A stretch of 64,000 nt of DNA. It comes from Octopus sinensis (Eukaryota). The translations under genes were made by a program, and so were the position numbers. Location of the stretch: assembly GCF_006345805.1 (NCBI RefSeq), contig NC_043015.1, positions 44,082,001 through 44,146,000 of the forward strand. The letters run 5' to 3'. The notes beneath the pieces were generated by a model that made no database searches, had not been told where the DNA came from, and saw nothing but the letters and a program-made list of their open reading frames with translations. The first letter of the stretch is position 1; every line of letters begins with the position of its first letter. Below are positions 1 through 14,435 of this stretch, piece by piece.

Positions 1-246
1 AATAGAAACAAGATTGCTGAGTACTATGGCGTTTAATTCATCATATAAAGATTATTTCTTTGGCATTGCTAAGACGTGATAGAATATTTTAGGGAATCGA
101 AAGGGGTTGTTGTGATACTCACACCGCTCCCAAGTATATTTGTTCCGTAACTGTTGTTATAAAAATACCTTCTATGAATTACAAACAACCGAAAGGTCTA
201 AGCTTGCGTTTTGTAACTATGAAAACAAAATTAATTTCAATCTATT

Positions 247-533
247 AAGGCAGCGAGCTGGCAGAATCGTTAGCATACCGGACAAAATGCTTAGTGACAT
301 TTCGTCCGTCTTAAGGTGGCGAACTGGCAGAATTGTTTTAGCACGACGGACAAGATTCTTAGCTGCATTTCGTCCGTCTTTACATTCTGAGTTCAAAATC
401 GCCGACTTCGTCTTTCAGCTTTGCCTTTCATCCTTTCAGTGTCGATGAAATAAGTACCAGCTGGACACTGGGGTCAATGTAACTGACTTACTCCTTCACT
501 GAAATTGCTGGCCTTGTGCTAAAATTTGAAATC
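247..533 (+). mobile_element. SINE family A (ggcggcgagctggcagaa head), double-headed copy
   Basis: Heads at 247 and ~312, then gttctgagttcaaa (B box) and ctttgcctttcatcctttc core. More decayed copies at ~629-765, 1200-1412, 1446-1560, 3085-3225 (-), 18942-19290, 36740-36945 (-), 54030-54230 and 55960-56080 (-). Confidence 0.8.
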
Positions 534-775
534 GAATTACAAATAATTAAAGCGGCGAACAATATACAATACAGTGTGTCATCCGGCTTTTTCGTAACTA
601 TGAAAACAAAATTAATTTTAGTATTTTGAAGGCGGTGAGTTGGTGGTAATCGTTATAGCGATACAGTGGCTGTTTCTGTCTTTTACGTTCTGAGTTCAAA
701 TCCGGTCGATGTCAACTCAACTTTGCTTTTCATCGACTCCAAGGACGACAAAATGTAGTACTGGTATCGATATAG

Positions 776-1158
776 GGAAGCACTCCGTCGGTTACGACGA
801 CGAGGGTTCCGGTTGATCCGATCAACGGAACAGCCTGCTCGTGAAATTAACGTGTAAGTGGCTGAGCACTCCACAGACACGTGTACCCTTAACGCAGTTC
901 TCGGGGATATTCAGCGTGACACAGAGAGTGACAAGGCCGGCCCTTTGAAATACAGGTACAACAGAAACAGGAAGTAAGAGTGAGAGAAAGTTGTGGTGAA
1001 AGAGTACAACAGGGATCACCACCATCTCCTGCCGGAGACTCGTGGAACTTTTAGGTGTTTTCGCTCAATAAACACTCACAACGCCCGGTCTGGGAATCGA
1101 AACCGCGATCCTACGACCGCGAGTGCGCTGCCCTAACCACTGGGCCATTGCGCCTCCA
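776..1158 (-). mobile_element. tRNA-derived SINE, family B (~380 bp; possibly octopus OR1-like)
   Basis: Head ggaggcgcaatggcccagtggttagggcagc...gtttcgattcc (A and B boxes); high identity to 25882-26264 and 55015-55395. Confidence 0.85.
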
Positions 1159-4080
1159 CATCGGTATCGATGTACCTCCAATATTACTGGCCATTTAATA
1201 AGGCCGTGAGCTGGAAGAATCGTTATCACGCCGGGCAAAAATTCTTAACGACATTTCGTCCGTCTTCATGTTCTGAGTCGAAATTCCGTCGAGGTCGACT
1301 TTGCCTTTCATCCTTTCGAGGTCAATAGAAATACACCAGTTGACCCTGGGGTCGAATTATCTCTATCTCCGAAATTTCTGACCGTGTGCCGAAATTCAAA
1401 TCTATATTATTAGCCTTACGTCTATATTAGAAACTATTATTTTGAAAGTGGCGAAGCGAACAGGTGGAGTCTTCACAAGATATTTGATCATGCTCTTTAC
1501 TTTCTAAATTCAGACCAATTTTACCTTTCATCGTTTAAGTGTCGACAAAAAGGTTACTAATCTACGATGGTTGGTGAAGCTAATAAAATGTCTGGAATAA
1601 AGATTGTTTGCCAACATAACATGGCAGTCCTGGTTTAGGACGAATGTTGCTGTAATTTAGTCCCAGGAGACATCGTCTCCAGCTGGCTATACGACACGAT
1701 CTGTGTCCTTATAATTTCGAACAATGTTCTGAGTTCAAATCTGAGTTTAAATCCCACTAACGCCTACTCTGGTGGTCAACTTAACCCGTCGCTTTTTATG
1801 TCTTTAAGGAAGTCCACTCTCTTGTAAGCATTTGTACCAAATTCCGGTTTATCAGCTTCTTTCCCTCCGTACAACCATTTTCAGAGGTCCCGTAAAAGAG
1901 CACTGCCTTGCTTCTTTACTAAAAGATAAAATTAAATGACAATAATATTTTGTCATCTCCCTTTCGATGTTCCGTTCACAGAGTACAGAATCTGCGTTGA
2001 TTTCATCCATTCCCCATTTAATTAACAAAGAACGGACATTAATCTACAAAATCAGAGTCTTTCACAAGCATGGGGTATTCATGTGAGGATTGATGAGAGG
2101 GAGGACAAGTCACTGTATTTAATATAAAACCTGCTTATATTTGGCTTAACGTATTTGAGAGTAAAAAGCTTATTTTTATTTTAGCTTTAGGAAGTATAAA
2201 AATTAAGCACATGGATCCACTACAAGTAGAAGGCGATATGCAACTTACCTTGACAAACATTCGCACCGGAATTAATGAACTTGTCAATAAATATAACTGA
2301 CAGTATTGTAAGTTTTATTTCTGTATGTATTTCAGTTTCAAACAACTTATATATGTTATGCTTTGTCAAACGCAATTGTGATATAAGAAGGATTATACAA
2401 AGCTGAATTAAGTTGTGTATTTTCACTACTATTGAGGGGCAAAAATATTTCAATATATATTTTCTGCCAAAAGGGAGTCTTGAATTTCAGAACAGCTGTA
2501 TTAGAAGGCTATATCCCCCATCTTGGCCCTTGTGGCGTTGGATCAATGTAACGAGTCTTTAATACTATTAACTGATAATTTCCCATCGAACCCAGACTGG
2601 GGCTCCATTTTGCATTTGTATCTTTGACTCTTTTGAATCAAATTATATTTTCATCGCTGTAATCTACTGAAAAGGAATCTTACTCTTCATATCTTGTGTT
2701 ACTAAACCTTATAGATACGTACATATGCACATACGTATGTGCATGCATATGTGTAATGTGCGTATGTTTGCTTTCTATCGAATGAATTCTAAATCTCTTC
2801 ACACATGCTACAATCACTGTTTCAACTTTTCCGATACAAAAACGATTCATATTAAGTGTTCAGTATTATAAATAATAGAGCAATTTGAATGCATAATTTG
2901 AATGAAATTTGAATGTATATATGTAAATACATACGCACGCACGATATGTATCTATTTATCTGTCTTACTATCTATACGTCGATCGATCGACTTTATCGTG
3001 TCAACGTAAAATATTTTTAAGTTGACATACTTTAACATTAGCAAAAGTATCAATCACGGTGGAGTAGAGTTTTGAAAGAAACTATGGTGAAAAAGGCAAC
3101 GGTTTTACCCCGAAGGATGAAAGCCAAAGTTGACTGTGACTGGGTAGAAACTCAAAGCAAATAGACGGGACGAACTACGACAAACCATTTTATCCGCCAT
3201 GTTATTGAATTTTCTATCTTCCATTCTATACCAAATATTCTCATTCATTCACCAACATTCGTTGCCAGTCAAATTGTTTTTATAGTTTGTTGTTGGTTTT
3301 AACATTTTACAATATGTTACAGGTACAATTTTTTCTATCGAATGTCGGATGTGTATGGAAATTGGTGTCATAAATAAAATTTACTTTGCTATAGGTTATG
3401 TCAAGAGATAAACCAAATGATATGAAATTAACTAACAGTTGCCATTTGTAAGTTACGATGATTCTTTCGTATCATTGTGTAAATATATATGTCTGTGTTT
3501 TATCTTACTAGATTTAAATACAGTTAGAGAAACATAGAAAAAGAGAACAAGAAAGCAAATCGTTAATACTTGAGAGTATTAAGAAATCTAAATAATCAGT
3601 TTTAAGTAAAGAAACTGTAAAATACATTTAAAACTCGACTAACTCGTCAACTTCAATAAGCATTTTGAATTAAAATATTATTATTATTAACAAGGTAATC
3701 AATAATAATAAAAAAGAAAGAAGAAAGAATAATCGTAAACAATCACATCATTAAAGACAACAACAACAGTAACAACCACAACAACAACAACAATAACCAC
3801 GATATCAAAGATAAAAAAGATGTAGAGAAACGAGAAGATGTATAGCTTAATGTTAGATATAACATGACATGATGACTCAGTGAAGTAAAAGCAACAGGAA
3901 TATATTTGTAATAGCGAAATATCTTAGTTTACACACTGGGTATGCATCAACTGGAGCAGACACACGTACACACAGAGAGACGTACATACATGCATACATA
4001 CATATACATATACATACTTACATATATATATATATATTATATTATATCATATTATATATATATATATAATATTATATATA

Positions 4081-4121
<41 letters not shown>

Positions 4122-4761
4122 TATATATATATTATTATATATTATATATATATAGATTATATATATATTATTTTAATATGTTATATATATATTATATATA
4201 TATATATATATTATATATATATATATTATATGTGGGTGTGTGTGTGTGTGCGTGTGTGTGTGTGTGCACACGTATAAATACCCACATGTACACACATAGC
4301 GGTATATATATAAACAAATAGTGTAAACAACAAGTACAAATAAATATAGAGCTTAGCATAAACAGATTAAACTCTTCCGGTTTCAAACAAGAGTGATGTG
4401 CATACATAGTTTGAACATCCATCGAGCTGTGACTAATTCTGGAATATGCACGCATCATTGATCACAGAATCTGGACAGACAATTAATAGCACAATGATGT
4501 TGCTAACATCGCGGAATAACAACGAAAGCAAAAAGAAAAAAAGAGAAAAAAGAGAGAAAAAGAAAACGATTAAATAAATAAAGACATAGAGATGAACCAA
4601 GTAACCTAGCAACCAGCAAGTAAATCAGCGAATCATAGAAACCTAGACAAACAATCTTGCAACACGCTATATCGAGATTATGTGGCATCTTGAGCGTGTG
4701 TATTCTTCCCCAGCTTGAGTGGTATTTCCTATAGACAGGAAACAGTTTAGGAACCAACCCT

Positions 4762-4908
<147 letters not shown>

Positions 4909-6094
4909 TCTATCTATTTGTCTATCTACTCAATCTGGAATTACTTAGAACTTAATCGACAATGACAATATGTAGTTCGTAATATCGAGGGATGATACTC
5001 TACTCTGTGCATCGACTTGCTAAAAATACCAGCCAAATACGACACAAAAAGAAACGCGCATAACTGATTAGAAAAACGAAGACATTGGATCATTCAATCC
5101 GTCATAAGCTAAATGACAAGATTGTAACCAATGGGATATATTTCCTCATAGGTGTGTTAAATCTATGTCTAAACAACAAAAAATTCGGAGAAGGGCAATT
5201 TAATTTTATGAATGTTGATTTTCAGAAGCTTTCAACTCAAGCCACCAATAAACTGCTGTATGTATATCCCTTGCAGTGTCCACCATTATAAATGAAATGA
5301 AATTGCGCTATGTAGGACACTGCCGGTGAGCTAAACAAGAGTTGTCATGTGGTCTACTGTTATGGATGTCGTAGCATGGCCGTATTCGAGCCGTTCGTCC
5401 GAGTGTAACTCACGTAGATCAAGTCTCCACAAAAAATAGATGTCTCTCCAAAGACCTCTCACTCTCTCAAGCAATGCAGGACCAATATGTGTGGTGTACA
5501 CGGATTAAAAATGTCCGAGCAATCTCGAGCAGACGATAGTAGAAACTCTATTTAAAATGAGAGACAAGATAGCTATATCGTAATGCGTTTGAAAATACTG
5601 ATCCTTTTCAGATCTGAGAACTCAACCGAAATGCTGAATTCCAGAACTGAAATTTTCAGCGGATGTAAACATATGGATAACTCCTGATGGCGAATTGGAA
5701 AATACCCCCTTCTCCGAATTGAGCAGCTGTATCACAGACTTTGGGCCCCTGTCCATTCATCCATATGACCTTATGGTCAAAGAGAACATAACTTTATTTC
5801 ACCCCACCCTCTTTCTTATTTTCCCGTTCTCATTTGTTTTCCGGTGCTTTCAACCTTCCACATTTTACATCTACTTCCTTCTCACCATTTGTCATATTTT
5901 CTTTTATCCTATCGTCCAGTTTTAGTTACTTATGCCAGACGTGTTATAAAATGCTTTCCAAGTTTTTTTTCTCGCGTTAAAATATTAGTAGCTGATAAAA
6001 AATATGTACTGTGTTTATCAAATAATATTCATATCTTACTAGAAGGAGTATTTCTTTTTGCTGAGCTTACCATCAAGGAGCATTACACTATGTA

Positions 6095-6818
<724 letters not shown>

Positions 6819-7807
6819 TCTGTGAGTATGTACGTGCGTGCTAATTGATATAATACGTTATAGTGATATTATTACTTTTTTGGTACATATTTTGGCAATT
6901 TCAGAGGTACGGGAGTCAAGAACAGCATTAATATACAAATCTTCGAAGCATTTAATTATAATTGAAAAACTATGTACCATATTTAATTGTTTTTTAAAAA
7001 AAGTAACACAAAAAACAAAACACGTTATTACTGTCAAGTGATGAATTCCTAATTATATATTGATAGCTAAATTGGGTGCTCTAACTTGAGAGGGTTTGAT
7101 GGGGATAGCTTGACATAAATACTTAAAACATTATCAGTAACAAAAACGGCAACAACAATACGTTCCACAAAAAATAGGGATCAGACTGGAGCTTTAGTGC
7201 TGTCATAGATATGCCGTAAGTGGAAGTATATTGTTAACCTTTGAGATAGTTACCATCACTGGAGATGACATGGATAAATAGTTTACTTACTTCAAAGACA
7301 GAAAAGCAACGTCAGGGTAAATATGATTGAGAAGAGATTAATTTGCCTATCAGACAGGTTATTTGCGAAAGTATAGTTTTGCAAATAACACCCAAGTAAA
7401 GAAAGGCCAAATATATGTAATTTAATATTCTGTCAAAGGAATAAGTTGTCAGCCACTTTCGTAATTCTACTCTTAACCCAACTATATATTTGTTGATAGG
7501 AGAAAGTATAATCCTGGCTTTGTAAAAAATATGTCGTTTTCGCAATAACATCTTTTTCGTTCGTTTTCATGTTTTAGTAGGTGGAATTGGTTAGGCCTGG
7601 GTGCCACCTCACAGGCTTTTAATCTATGATATTGGTTCCACTATCTATTTCAGTAGTTCATTTATATTCTCGTTCTCTATCCGGCGAATGCTTAAGTCAT
7701 TTTTTTGTATCAAGATATACAAACCTACACATTGGCTTATGCTGATAAACAAACGAAAACAAACACGGACAAGGCATTAGATACATATATAATACATACA
7801 TACATAG

Positions 7808-7854
<47 letters not shown>

Positions 7855-8544
7855 CATGTGTGTATATAAGCGTATTACGTATGGAAGTATGTATACTGGC
7901 ATCTATATATTACAAAAGACACAACCCAACAAGAGCAACATTTTTAATATTAAATACGGAGTAAATTTTACATCAAAGAAATAAAAGCCTTGACAAAAGA
8001 GCAGAATTATTACTGCCTTGTATGCATGGAGTTTAGTACATCGGTTGAGAGAAAAACCGCTGGTTTTGAAGTGTTTTAAAAGAATTGTTTAAAAAATACT
8101 GAAACAATAACGGAATTTTTGAAATATTATCGAAACAATTCTTAGAGTGACCTCCCTTGAGACATTTTGTGATTAATCGAAATTTGCCTATTGAATTTTC
8201 GCATACCTAAAATTATATAAATTCGTTATATTTCATCATAATTTTATTTAATGAATTTAATTCTAGTTTCAATCTTCTGAGTATAAAATATTTTCATGCA
8301 AATAGATATTTTGACCATATTTCATTGAGATAATCTTATCTGATGGATTCGTTTGTGTAAAATGATAAAGAAAATATATGACATATACACAGGGTATACC
8401 TATTGTCTGAAAAACGGGGCAGATTAATTTCACATGCAAATATAGTTTGTAAATTATTTAAATCATTAAGGATTCAATTCATTTGGTAAGTCCTTAAAAT
8501 GAATTCTCGTTGTAATTCTGAATGTCTTTCATCATTAATTAATA

Positions 8545-8580
<36 letters not shown>

Positions 8581-8744
8581 TCCTTTACCTTGACTCCCTC
8601 CCCTTACTTAGCGGTCAAAGTCATAGCAATACTGTTTCGATGGCCCGATAACTGAAGAGATGCCGGCATGGATTTCCGCCTCGACATCTGAAACTCCGAG
8701 TTTTAGCATGGCTACCGAATAACTGTTATTAGATATTATATATT

Positions 8745-8795
<51 letters not shown>

Positions 8796-8814
8796 TTTTT
8801 TTTTTTTGTATTTA

Positions 8815-9112
8815 GGAATGGTCATTTGCCAGTTTAGCCAATAAAATCACACGCACTATATATTTGGTATTACTTTGCTTCAGCATCATTTATTTTTTAC
8901 ATTAATCTTAATCTTATTTCGGCCAGAGTTCTTTCGTCACACTCCTGTGACCGCATCAGTGGTCCTTTGCTGTCTTCTTTCTTATTTGTGTGTCTCTCCT
9001 TACTAACCGTCAGCCATTTTGTATTTCTATTGTATGTGTCTTCATTTGCGCATGCGTATATCTCTATGTGCGTCTATGTTTAGTTAGTGTGCGTGTGTGT
9101 GTGTGTGTGGGG
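8815..9112 (-). repeat. (TA)n-associated ~290 bp unit, family H3, with hammerhead-like motif
   Basis: Near-identical copy at ~22885-23175 and truncated inverted copy at ~23505-23660. Confidence 0.85.
8921..8965 (-). ncRNA. Minimal type-I hammerhead-ribozyme-like motif
   Basis: GGACCA-CUGAUGC-G-GUCAC-aggagu-GUGAC-GAAA-G-aa-CUC-UGGCC; identical motif at 22995-23039. Activity untested. Confidence 0.5.
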
Positions 9113-9138
9113 GGGGGAAATGCCTTAACACACACCAC

Positions 9139-9169
<31 letters not shown>

Positions 9170-9421
9170 ATCCGACAAAAGCTACTAAGCAGATACTATA
9201 CGCTCGTTTTCTAGTACCCCCACTATAAAGTATTTCCCAATCGTTCAGTTTAATATTAAATTATTTTTTACATATAAATTAACATAAAAATACAAACATT
9301 GAAATCTCTCTCTCCATCTCTCATATATATATATAATTCCTCAGTGCACGTTGAGTATAGCAGAACACATCATCTTCCGTATTCAATGTTTCTACGTCAC
9401 ACACACACACATGTATACATA

Positions 9422-9460
<39 letters not shown>

Positions 9461-9577
9461 TCGTACACACGCATATACAGGTATACATGCATGCCATATA
9501 TATGTGCGTCTATGTATATATATCTATCTATATATCTTTAGCTAATATATATATATATAATATATAATATATATTAT

Positions 9578-9611
<34 letters not shown>

Positions 9612-9739
9612 TTATTCATGAATATGCAATACTTGAATTATAAAGAATATAAGTAGGAATTTCATGCAAGAGCAAGGCAAATTAAGTTACTCGGGTAGAT
9701 GGCAAAACGATGAATAAACGAAACAAGAATCTGTTTCTT

Positions 9740-10020
9740 CAAATGTAATAAAGGATCCTTTACTTTTCCCCGTAAGATTGTTGCAACAAATTGTGTTTTT
9801 ATCTTGTTATGTTAGAAGCATGCTTTTTTTCCATATTGCGTCAAGGAGTTTTAGCTCACTGTTGCACAGGAGGTTAATGGAAGATATGTCAAATATAATA
9901 TTGTTACAGGCCCGTAATTTGAAAACTATGCGCTCAATAAAATCATAATGCGTGTATTTAGAAATACGGCGACTTTGATTCTTTTGTCGTTGTTGTTCTG
10001 AATATGACGTTGTCAATACT
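9740..10020 (-). mobile_element. Second, collinear Penelope-like RT fragment
   Basis: ORF 9807-10016 (KYTHYDFIE...LCNSELKLLDAIWKKSMLL) resembles the PLE RT segment F..FDI.EFYPSI...I...RKSLLF. Confidence 0.5.
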
Positions 10021-10388
10021 TACAATTAATTTTATTATTTTCGTGTATGCACGTGATGAATGCATGCGTGCATGCATGTTTTTCTTAGAGAGTAATGGAC
10101 GTTCACGTTGAAAAGACTAAGGTAAGAGAATAACAAAACGGAGAGGTTTCATGATATGAATGTAGACCCGGGAGTTTGTGTTTCTTACGATTGACGTATA
10201 TGTGTAATATAAGTGTATATATATATATGTATTTATATATATGTATATATATATATGTATAAATATATATATATATATGTCTGTGTGTGTATATACGTAT
10301 ATATAGATATACATATATATGCATGTATACATATAGATGTATACGTACATACATATATATATATATACATATTTATACATACATATCC

Positions 10389-10449
<61 letters not shown>

Positions 10450-10582
10450 CTTTATGCACATAGTTATACATTTCAGTTTACGAATGGATATGTGTGACTC
10501 AAGAGCATATGTATGTAAGTATGTATGTAAGTATGTATATGTATGTGTATGTATGTAAGTATGTATATATATATATATATAT

Positions 10583-10622
<40 letters not shown>

Positions 10623-10819
10623 GTACATATATATATACATATATATATAGAGACGTATTGTTTAAATATATGGTGAAAGGAACTTTATAATATAATTGTC
10701 AATAAGCGAATACATATATATTTTTATAAGCTTATTTTTGTCTGTCTAGCAGTCTCTCCCCAAACATGCTCTTACACAGACACCCATACTTACACACACA
10801 TGCGTGTGTATGGGTAAGC

Positions 10820-10889
<70 letters not shown>

Positions 10890-10891
<2 letters not shown>

Positions 10892-10990
10892 CTGTAGACT
10901 GAATCCACAGCGTGTAGCCCGTTACTCTGGAGATTCTCCAGCGTGTAACTGGTCATGGAGACAGGAATAACGTGTCTGAAAATCTGCCTT
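10890..10990 (-). CDS. Candidate downstream/terminal exon (uncertain)
   Basis: High-complexity island between microsatellites with possible acceptors (aaggcag, attttcag); reading frame not determinable. Confidence 0.2.
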
Positions 10991-11529
10991 TTACGCATGG
11001 AAAACTCCAGAGTATCAGACCGCTGGCTTTCTTCATTTTTAAATTACTTTTACACTTCACTATGCTATTGATTGTGTGCATATTTATATATACGTACATG
11101 CATACGTACATACATTTGTGTCTGTGAGTGTGTACATATATGTGGGTGTGTATGGATCAGCGTATGTATATCATTACCGCTTGTAATCCGTAGCATAGGC
11201 GTCTGTTTCAATGCAAAGCATATTCACGATTATTGATGCACGTGTGTTTGTGAAATTATGTGTGTGCTTTCATTTATTTGCGGTATGTTCGTTTTAACAA
11301 ACATTGTCGATGATTTTTTTGCATACGTATGAGAATATATGTGAGATGTGTGTTTATGTTGACCGGGAGCAAGAAACAGTGAGAGAAAGCTGAAGAGGAG
11401 AGAGGGAAGGAGAGAGAGGAAGAGAGAGAGATAGGAAGAATTAAAGAAAAAGAGATAGAATGAGAGAGAAACGGAGAGAGACAGAGAAAGAACGAGAGCC
11501 CTATTTTTAATCTCACTGAACCATATGAT

Positions 11530-12230
11530 AAATATAAGACTGTTAGACCATCGTCAATCTCGGTTATCTTCCAAATCTTCTTATCTATATATTCCTCTGT
11601 ATATTTTTTGCTTATTAATCCTATTTGTGTTTTAGTTGGATTTATTAGTCCGCAAATAGATTTATTTGTGATGCCTGTCTTGTGATCCTTTAACGCTATG
11701 TATGCCTTTTGTTTATCTTGCCGTTATATTCTGTTATCGAATTTTTCGCGTTGCTATAATCTTAGCTTCGACGTTAATATTGTTGGTAGTTTTGGTATTT
11801 GCTTCCCTATAGTTCTGAGTTATACTAACAAGAACTAGTTTGTGATATTTAATGCTACCTATTTCATAGAGGTTGTTTGTTTAGTCCGAAAATTTAAATT
11901 GATTCTTAGGGAGATTAATCTTTTGCTACGGCCGTGATAAGTTTATTTTCAAAATGTATTTACGGTATTTGCTGCTCGGAATTAGAATTAAAAGGTCATT
12001 TTAGACGAGTACTAGTTGCTTAAATATCGTGGGATATTGTATCTTGATACCATATTGACTCTTGATATCATATTGATCCGTAGCAGTGGTCACTGTAGCT
12101 CCGTATCGAAACGAATAATCTTTCAGTGCATATGTCTCAATAGATTTTTTTACCTTCTCGAGTAAAATCTTGAAATATAAACTTGGCGCGTGTTTTTTAC
12201 TGTAATGCTTGAATCTATCAAAATTTCAAC
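11530..12230 (-). mobile_element. Decayed Penelope-like element (N-terminal region and start of RT)
   Basis: Frameshifted translation gives VYISR..LEKVKNLLRHMH*KIIRF, NDLLILIPSSKYRK, DKTNNLYEI, ITQNYREAN..INVEAKIIA, AYIALKDHK...ICGLINPTKTQIGLISKK, matching the PLE pattern KDHK..CRLINP.K..G..SK. Confidence 0.75.
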
Positions 12231-13115
12231 CTCCCTATTGTTTGACGTCACTCGTCTGTATGAATCTACAACATTAATCCATGAGGGTTATGATCTGCCA
12301 CAGGATAGATAACTCTGGACAAATAAAAAGACGTTAATTCAAAGAAGAATTAGAAGAAAATTTTATACAATACTCATGACGCCGTCTACATATTCTATCA
12401 TCTTGTAGATGCATATCAATTATACTCAGGAAAATCACTTATGGACACGAAGAATTGCACATCGCAATATCCTATCGAGAACGTCATTATGATAGGAGAT
12501 AGTTCGATATAAAACGTCCTGCTGTGTAGGAGAATTTTTTAAAGTAATACGAAGATTGGTTGGGGTATATATACGGGTTCTGCTTTATGCTTTTTGGGGC
12601 GGTGTTTGGTGGTGGTTAGAGCAAGAATAATATCTAAAAAGAAAAGACATGTCGTACGTTGGTACTGTTCGTTACGCAAATTTTGTGCTCCTAAGATATT
12701 TTTAGACCTGTTCAGAATCTGGCCACTGCGTGGTCATTTATAATGTATTACGATATTAATCCCTCGCCTTTGTAGCTTCCTGAGACAGAGAAGTTCATTT
12801 TTTCGTGGTATCTGACGTGAAAGCTCCCATCAGGATGGCGAATAGATATTACATTATAAATAACTGTTAGATGATCTTTTCTATTTCATAGTGGAGGCAC
12901 AAGGCCTAGTGGTTAGAGCAGCGGATTCGCGGTCGAGAGATCGCGGGTTTGAGTATGCATGTATGTATGTATGTATGTATGTATGTATGTATGTATGTAT
13001 GTATGTATGTATGTATGTATGTATGTATGTATGTATGTATGTATGTGTGTGTATTTGTGCGTGTGTATGTGCATTCAAAGATACACAGCAAATTGCAATC
13101 CATTATATATGTATG

Positions 13116-13180
<65 letters not shown>

Positions 13181-13609
13181 GTATATACATACATATATAC
13201 ATAAATACACATACACACATACACATACATAAACACATGCATATGTACATACATATGTGAGGGTATATATATGTGGAGTGTCAATGTCTAGAAAGGGCAG
13301 TGCGTTTACGTAAATTATTATGCAAAACAAAAAAACCCCTTCGTAACTCTGCCGTTTTAATTTCGTCATGACACGATTTATTGTTGAATGGGTGCGTTTG
13401 AAAAGTCGTAAGCAGTGCGCTTGAGTAGGAATTAGTGTTTTGTGCGCGCATCTCAACGGTTATATGTATGTACGTTGTTTGCGCATGCTTACTAAAACGT
13501 TTCCTCATGCAATAGAGCAAAAGAAAAAAAATAATAACCGTGACATTTATCATTCAATGCTTTGAATACATCGCGAGTTGTAAAAAGATTTAATATATTT
13601 GTACGTTAC

Positions 13610-13693
13610 CATTAGGTTTTGGCATTTTGGACATTGAAATTTCTGAGTCGGGTTCCATTCTTTGTTTCTCGTCTTCATCGTCACTGTCATCCT
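13610..13693 (-). CDS. Acidic cytoplasmic exon, copy B (identical duplicate)
   Basis: Same 84 nt and splice sites as 14905-14988; lies in the other unit of the tandem duplication. Confidence 0.7.
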
Positions 13694-14392
13694 CTATGTA
13701 AAATAAAAGAAAATTGTGAAAAATTGTGAAAATTGTGAAAAAATGTGAAAATTGTGAAAAAATGTGAAAATTGTGTAAAAATGTGAAAATTGTGAATTCA
13801 TTTCCACTTTTTAACGAATACATTATGCTAGTTTATTTTGAAATATAAGGAAATATTTATATATATCTCGTTTTTGAGAAATTAGGCTTCTCAAAACCAG
13901 AAAGCCGAAAGCTAGTTCGAAGACTACAGATCCAATCCGTCTTTACAATTGTAAAAATGTGTAAAACGTTAAGAGTTTATCATTTGTAAAAGTTTATCAT
14001 TTAAGTATATATGAGCATGTCTAGATATGCAACTATATGCATGAGAATATATACATAACACAAAACATACAAATCTGCACACATACATACATGTTTACGC
14101 ACATACATATATACGTACATACACACACATACATTCATAATAAATACATACATACACACATATATACATGGGTGGATGCATGCAGTTCCTGTGTACCAAA
14201 TTCATTCACAAGGCTTTGCTCGGATCGTCACTCGTTATAAATCATTTGTCCAAAGTGTCGTGCACTGGAACCCGTAACCATGTGGTAGTAAAGCGAGCTT
14301 CTTAACCTCACTGCAATATTTATGCCTTTTTATTTATAAGATGTGAACGATATATACGTAGCATCAACAAAAGCGCTTCTTCACTCATCGTA

Positions 14393-14435
<43 letters not shown>

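Noticed and set aside
12154-12168. 15-nt phase 1-1 micro-exon candidate (DFTRE)
   Set aside because: It lies inside the decayed Penelope-like ORF, so the splice-like signals are probably coincidental.
12894-12952. tRNA-like sequence with A and B boxes
   Set aside because: It is the isolated head of SINE family B and cannot form a complete cloverleaf; no true tRNA gene was found.
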